A stretch of DNA of 64,000 nt from Myxococcales bacterium (lineage in GTDB: Bacteria > Myxococcota_A > Polyangia > Polyangiales > JAFGIB01): contig JAOUOP010000020.1 in NCBI GenBank assembly GCA_029880325.1, positions 33,124 through 97,123 on the forward strand, written 5' to 3'. Positions 59,166-64,000 of this stretch are shown in pieces. Position numbers and translations under genes: made by a program. How positions within the stretch are numbered: position 1 is the first letter of the stretch; each line of letters starts with the position of its first letter. Below the pieces are notes generated by a model that ran no database searches, was not told the origin of the DNA, and saw only the letters and a program-made list of their open reading frames with translations.

Positions 59166-61670
59166 CTACACAACCAGCTCCAGATGCGAAAGACCGCGCA
59201 GGACGGGGCTTGGCTGGCGCCTGAAGCCCCCGTCGCCTAGCTTCCAGTGACCAAAGCGTTCGAGCAGCACCTCAAACGCGATCTGGGCCTCGAGGCGCGC
59301 CAGGGGGGCTCCCAGGCAGTGGTGGATTCCCCAGCCGAAGCCGAGATGCGTCCTGTCGTCGCGGCCGACGTCGAAGACTTCGGGGTCCTTGAAGGCCTCG
59401 GGGTCGCGGTTGGCCGCGCCGAGCATGACGACCACGCCGGAGCCCTTGGGGATCTCGTGGCCCTGTACATCGAGGGGCTCCGACGCCGTGCGGAAGACCA
59501 GCTGCACGGGGCTGTCGTAGCGCAGCATCTCTTCCACCGCCGAGGGCACCAGCGAGCGCTCGGGCCGCAGGCGCTCGAGCTGCTCGGGGTTCTGCAAGAG
59601 CGCGAGCACACCGTTGCCCACGAGGTTGGTGGTGGTGACGAAGCCGGCGATCAGCAACAGCAGCGCGGTCGAGCGGATTTCGGCGTCGCTGAGGCGCTGG
59701 CTCTCCACCTGGGCGCCGATCATGGCGCTGATCAGGTCGTCGGCGGGCTCGCGCCGGCGCTGGGCGATGATGTCTTCGAGGTAGAGCAGCAGCTCGCGCC
59801 CCGGTCCGTCTGTGCGCACCTGAGAGGGATCGGTGGCGCCGAGCAGGCTGTTGGCCCAGCCGCGGAAGCGGGCGTGGTCCTCGGTGGGCACCCCGAGCAG
59901 CTCGGCGATCACGATGGCCGGCAAGGGCCCGGCGAGGGTGTCGACGAGATCGAAATGCTGCCCCGGGCGCACGCCGCCGAGCAGCTCTTCGACCGTGCCC
60001 TCGATGCGGAGACGCAGCTCCGCGATACGCCGCGGGGTGAAGGCCTTGCTGACGATGCCGCGTAGGCGCGTGTGCTCGGGCGGGTCCACGTTGAGCATGG
60101 TGGTACCGAGCAGGTTTTGGTTTTCGGCGTCGCCCACCGTCTGGCGCCTTCGGCCTGCGCCGTCGGCCGAGGAGAAGCGGGTGTCGCGCAGCACCTGGTC
60201 GGCCGCTGCGTGACCGGTGATGACCCAGGGCGCTCCGCCGATCGGCCCGCTGCCGCGGCGCGGGCGCAGCACCGGCGAGCGGCGGCGTAGGGTGCGGAAG
60301 GCTGCGTAGGGATCGATGCCATCGGCCCGAAAGCGCTCACGGTAGTCGCGCAGGGCCCGGCGCGTGTAGGGCGCGAGGGCATCCTGAAGGCGGTCCTGAA
60401 CCACCGATTCACCGGGAGTGAGCTGGTGGGAGAGGCCGTCGAGCAACATGATGGCGCGGGCCACCAGCGTGAAGTGATGGGGCATGCGGATGGGCTCGCC
60501 GCCCTCCGCCAGCGTTTCCAGCTGCTCGCGGCGCTCGCGCCGGCGTGCGCGACGCTCGGCCCGTGGTGGGCGCGGTCGACCGGGGCGTGGCGGCTCGCGC
60601 GGCTCGCCGAAGACCTGCTCCACGATTTGGTCCAGCAGCTCCGGCGTGACCTCGTCGAGGTTGAAGCCGAGATCGCGGGCCGCAAGCAACGCGCCCTCGT
60701 CGTCGCCCACGCTGCTCTTGGCGACCAGGTCGGCCATGGAGGCGGCGAAGCCCTCCGGCAGCTCCTTGGCCAGGCCGAAGTCGAGCAGGCCCACCACGTC
60801 ACCGGGCAGGATCAGCACGTTGCCCGGGTGCGGGTCGCCGTGGAAGAAGCCGTGCTCGAAGATCATCTTCGCGAAGAGGTCGCCGATGTTCTCGGCGATC
60901 GCGCGCAGATCGGCGCCGCTCTTCCGCAGGCGCTCGACCTCGGTCAGCGGAATGCCCTCCAGGTACTCGAGCACGAGCAGGCGCCGGCTGCTCCACTCGC
61001 GGTGAACGCGCGGCACGCGGATGCGGGCATCACCCTCGAACTGGCGCCGCACGCGCTCGGTGGAGTCGGCCTCGCGTGTGAAGTCCAACTCCAAGTCAAG
61101 AAAGTGACTGCCTTCGTCGATCAGGTTTTGCGGGTCGAAGACGTTGCTCCTGGGGATGAAGCGGTCGGAAGCGATGCGAACCGCGCGCAGGTCGGCGCGC
61201 ACCAGCTTCGCCACCTCCGGGTACTGCACCTTGAGCACCACCTCGGTGCCGTCGAGCAGGCGGCCGCGGTGAACCTGGGCCAGCGAGGCGGCGGCCAGGG
61301 CTTTTTCGTCGACGTGCTGGAAGACTGCGGACAAGGGCTTGCCGAGCTCGGCTTCGACGGCGGTCTTGATCTGGGAGAAGGGGCGCGGCGGGACCTTGTC
61401 CAGGAAGCGCCCGAGGATACGCGTATAGGGCTCGGGGAAGATGTCACCGCGGGAGCCGATAACCTGGCAGAGCTTGATGTAGACGCCCTCGAGCTCGACG
61501 GTGAGGTCATGGATGTCGCGGGCCGTGGCCTCGTGGGCGCCGTTCCACTCGTCCTCGGAGGGCGGCGCGTCGGTGCGGGCGCGGGCGCGCAGGGGTTGAT
61601 AACGGCGGTGGGCCTGGAAGGCCAAAAGGCCCGACTTCGCCATGCGATAGGAAACGGATCGACGCAGCAT
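59166..61670 (-). CDS. ABC1/AarF/UbiB atypical kinase fused to cytochrome P450
   Basis: Kinase: YIKLCQ, AAASLAQVH, LKVQYP, LDFTREA, FHGDPHPGN, LDFG. P450: DPY, DPPEHTRLR, AGFVTT, EEMLR, AANRDP, FGWGIHHCLG. Confidence 0.92.
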   Translation of the reverse strand: MLRRSVSYRMAKSGLLAFQAHRRYQPLRARARTDAPPSEDEWNGAHEATARDIHDLTVELEGVYIKLCQVIGSRGDIFPEPYTRILGRFLDKVPPRPFSQIKTAVEAELGKPLSAVFQHVDEKALAAASLAQVHRGRLLDGTEVVLKVQYPEVAKLVRADLRAVRIASDRFIPRSNVFDPQNLIDEGSHFLDLELDFTREADSTERVRRQFEGDARIRVPRVHREWSSRRLLVLEYLEGIPLTEVERLRKSGADLRAIAENIGDLFAKMIFEHGFFHGDPHPGNVLILPGDVVGLLDFGLAKELPEGFAASMADLVAKSSVGDDEGALLAARDLGFNLDEVTPELLDQIVEQVFGEPREPPRPGRPRPPRAERRARRRERREQLETLAEGGEPIRMPHHFTLVARAIMLLDGLSHQLTPGESVVQDRLQDALAPYTRRALRDYRERFRADGIDPYAAFRTLRRRSPVLRPRRGSGPIGGAPWVITGHAAADQVLRDTRFSSADGAGRRRQTVGDAENQNLLGTTMLNVDPPEHTRLRGIVSKAFTPRRIAELRLRIEGTVEELLGGVRPGQHFDLVDTLAGPLPAIVIAELLGVPTEDHARFRGWANSLLGATDPSQVRTDGPGRELLLYLEDIIAQRRREPADDLISAMIGAQVESQRLSDAEIRSTALLLLIAGFVTTTNLVGNGVLALLQNPEQLERLRPERSLVPSAVEEMLRYDSPVQLVFRTASEPLDVQGHEIPKGSGVVVMLGAANRDPEAFKDPEVFDVGRDDRTHLGFGWGIHHCLGAPLARLEAQIAFEVLLERFGHWKLGDGGFRRQPSPVLRGLSHLELVV

Positions 61671-61839
61671 CGGTAGTGCCCGGGAGCATAGCAAGAACGC
61701 CGCCGCGCTCCAGCGGGGGGCGAAGGCCACCGCACCGATCGCCACCTTGGAGCTGTGAAATCAGGCGTCGCGCTGCGGTTCGGCGCAGCGGCGAGCACCT
61801 GCGATGGCCGGTCCCGAGCATTGCGAAATGCAGGGGGCC

Positions 61840-63384
61840 TCAGTACCAATCGGGGCCCCAGGTGACGCGCCAGCCCACTTCCAGGCGCTCGAGGTGCAAG
61901 CCGAGCATCGACAGCGCCCCGTTGGCGTCGCTTCTGCTGGCGATGGCGTACGCGGTCTCGAAGTTCTTGATGCCGATCGGATAGGCAGCCACCAACCGGG
62001 TCTCGGTGTGTCCGTAGGCCCGCACGGCGCGGGCGGCCAGCTCCATGCGACCCCGATCGTCGAGCCAGTTGCAGTAGAAGCCCTCCATGGTGCTACGGTA
62101 GAGCGGGGCGTCGTCGCTGCCGATGGCCGCGTCCATCACACGCAGGATGCCGGCGATGGCGTCGCGGTCCCGTGCGCTCACTTGCGTGACCCCTGCGAGC
62201 GCTGCCTCCACCGGCTGCCGCCATTGGTCCTGCAGCTGCTCCCAGTCCAGCTCGAGCACCTGGCGCAAGCCGTGGTCGAGTAGGTTTCGCAGCTGGTGCT
62301 CGTCGCTGATGCAGCCCAGTTCGGCATGGAAGTAGCATCCGGAGCGCCAGCCCACCGAGGTTACGGCCAGTAGCCGAACCACCGCGGACATGCCGTGGCG
62401 ATCCCGAAGTAGGCGCAATAGCGATCCGGCCCTGCCGTAGTTCGAGCCCCACACGTCCGTCTTCTCGAGCTCCACCATCCGCGTGCGCGTTTCCACGTTG
62501 GCCGCCAGCTTCTGCGCGTATTCGAGGTGATGGTCGCGGCCGGATTGATCGAGAAGCTCGGCCAACCCCTCGTTGAGAAATGGAAGTGGATAGCTGTCGT
62601 CTCGTGGTAGAGCCGCTGCCAGCACATGGGTCAATTCGTGGCCGTAGCGGACCCGCTCGAAGCTCCCTTCCACGCCCGTGTAGATCACGTCGTAGCGACC
62701 CTGACTCGGATAGGAGACGCCCACGCCCACGCCATGGAAACTCGCGGCGCTGCGGGACGGCGACAGGTGCACTGTCACGCTGGGTTCGTCCTGCAGCCCC
62801 AACTCCTGGTGAATTTGCTCGTAGGCAGCTTCGCGGCTCGACTCGATCGTCTCCAGATCCCGCTCGGCCGCGGTCCCGGGGAAGTACTTGAAGCGAAAGT
62901 GCTCGGACTCGTGGGTCAGCCAGCTCGCGTCTTCGTGAAGGTCGTGGTCGCAGGCATCGACGGCCAGCACGGGCAGCGGCGGCACGGCCGATTCGGCGAG
63001 CGGTGCGTCGTCTTCGAAGCCCGGCTCTGGCGGCGGTGAAGGCGCTGGCTGCTCTGGCGGCGTGTCCATCGTCTCGACCGGGTCGGCTTCTTCACCGCCG
63101 GCATCGGATGACCCATCACCCGCTGTTGAAGCGCCCGTCGGTAGACCCTGCAGCGGGCCGATCGCTCGCAACGCCATCGGCGGTTGCGACTTCGCCGGGG
63201 TCGGCTCTGTGGGCAGGTCGCTGTCGGGCTCTGGTGCGGCGGGGGACCCTGCCTCACCCGGTGGAGTACCACCGCCGATCGTCGAGGCGGCCGTCTGCTC
63301 CGCTCGGTCGCAGGCGAACAGTAGGGACAATACGAGCGTCGATCCGACCAGGGGCCGCGACAGGACAAGCGCTTCGCTTCGCAT
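61840..63384 (-). CDS. Lipoprotein with gluzincin (peptidase MA-like) domain
   Basis: LFAC lipobox, Pro/acidic linker, HELTH...FLNEGLAE, NYGRAGS. Confidence 0.78.
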   Translation of the reverse strand: MRSEALVLSRPLVGSTLVLSLLFACDRAEQTAASTIGGGTPPGEAGSPAAPEPDSDLPTEPTPAKSQPPMALRAIGPLQGLPTGASTAGDGSSDAGGEEADPVETMDTPPEQPAPSPPPEPGFEDDAPLAESAVPPLPVLAVDACDHDLHEDASWLTHESEHFRFKYFPGTAAERDLETIESSREAAYEQIHQELGLQDEPSVTVHLSPSRSAASFHGVGVGVSYPSQGRYDVIYTGVEGSFERVRYGHELTHVLAAALPRDDSYPLPFLNEGLAELLDQSGRDHHLEYAQKLAANVETRTRMVELEKTDVWGSNYGRAGSLLRLLRDRHGMSAVVRLLAVTSVGWRSGCYFHAELGCISDEHQLRNLLDHGLRQVLELDWEQLQDQWRQPVEAALAGVTQVSARDRDAIAGILRVMDAAIGSDDAPLYRSTMEGFYCNWLDDRGRMELAARAVRAYGHTETRLVAAYPIGIKNFETAYAIASRSDANGALSMLGLHLERLEVGWRVTWGPDWY

Positions 63385-63535
63385 GATCGGCGATACGGAT
63401 GGCTAGGTTGGATCTTGAGCGGTCCATATTGCCTGTGGGTGAATGTGGTCAGCCACCGATCTGCATCCGAATCGATCGTACGCCGGTGTCAATTCATTGG
63501 CCTCTGTGCCGTCAGATGGTAAAATTACAGGTCGT

Positions 63536-64000
63536 ATGAGATTGTTCGCCGAGGTTGAGGCGCGCCCGGCAGATCGGTTTTTGCTGCGCGATTACCTTCG
63601 GCTCATGGTCGCAGGTCGGAGTCCCGCCTCCGAGACCCTGAGCGAAGCGGTTGGGCTGCTCGGATGGAGCTGCACGCTGTCGCGGCGTGCCGGCCGCTTG
63701 CCGAGCGCCGCCGAGCGGAGCGCCCACGGCCGGACGTTGGCCACAAATCTCCCCATCCTCGCGGCGGTCGAGCAGGCGGCATCGGCGTTGCGGGCAGCTG
63801 GAATCGATGCCATCGCATACAAAGGGCAGGACTACCTGCATCGGTTGTACGCCGACGTCGGTGCCCGGCCCATGGCCGACGCTGACCTTTTGGTGCGGCC
63901 CTGGACGCGCAAAGCGGCGGCCAGGGCCCTGAGTGAGGCTGGCTTCGTGGCCGATCCCGAATGCCCCAGCTCCCATGAATGCAAGTTCGTGCGGGATGGG
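63536..64000 (+). CDS. Nucleotidyltransferase family protein (NTP_transf_5-like), partial
   Basis: Translated by hand: AAGIDAIAYKGQDYLHRLY..VGARPMADADLLV; runs off the window end. Confidence 0.8.
   Translation, partial: MRLFAEVEARPADRFLLRDYLRLMVAGRSPASETLSEAVGLLGWSCTLSRRAGRLPSAAERSAHGRTLATNLPILAAVEQAASALRAAGIDAIAYKGQDYLHRLYADVGARPMADADLLVRPWTRKAAARALSEAGFVADPECPSSHECKFVRDG

Overview
GC-rich bacterial chromosomal window with about 50 protein-coding genes. The mix of Hanks-type kinases, MYXO-CTERM-like and Cys-rich lipoproteins, and MepA suggests a myxobacterium (Myxococcota); this is an inference. I see no rRNA, tRNA, CRISPR array or intact mobile element. Ordinary content includes lipid hydrolases with TetR, LacI-CocE, cell-envelope genes (MepA, double OmpA, PBP1A, alpha-2-macroglobulin/PBP1C, ArnT-like), Rel, YebC, GST, ChaC, GDPD, an MBL hydrolase and LysR-cupin. 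The most interesting observations are: (1) an in-frame ABC1/UbiB atypical kinase-cytochrome P450 fusion (59166-61670); (2) a six-gene cell-surface cluster combining DUF2271, DUF3570 and DUF4266 (flavinylation-associated families) with two putative c-type haem proteins and a second beta-barrel, but no ApbE or thioredoxin (24375-29590); (3) a DUF692-partner/NHLP-like helical domain fused to a Gly/Ser/Cys tail (37692-38276); (4) an unannotated ~170-nt rod-shaped 6S-like RNA candidate (41058-41226); (5) a cytochrome c-fused type II copper monooxygenase; (6) a Cys-rich receptor kinase coupled to PBP1A; (7) regulatory signals: twin LacI operators, a LexA-like box and apparently leaderless genes. All family calls come from motif recognition by eye, not database searches.
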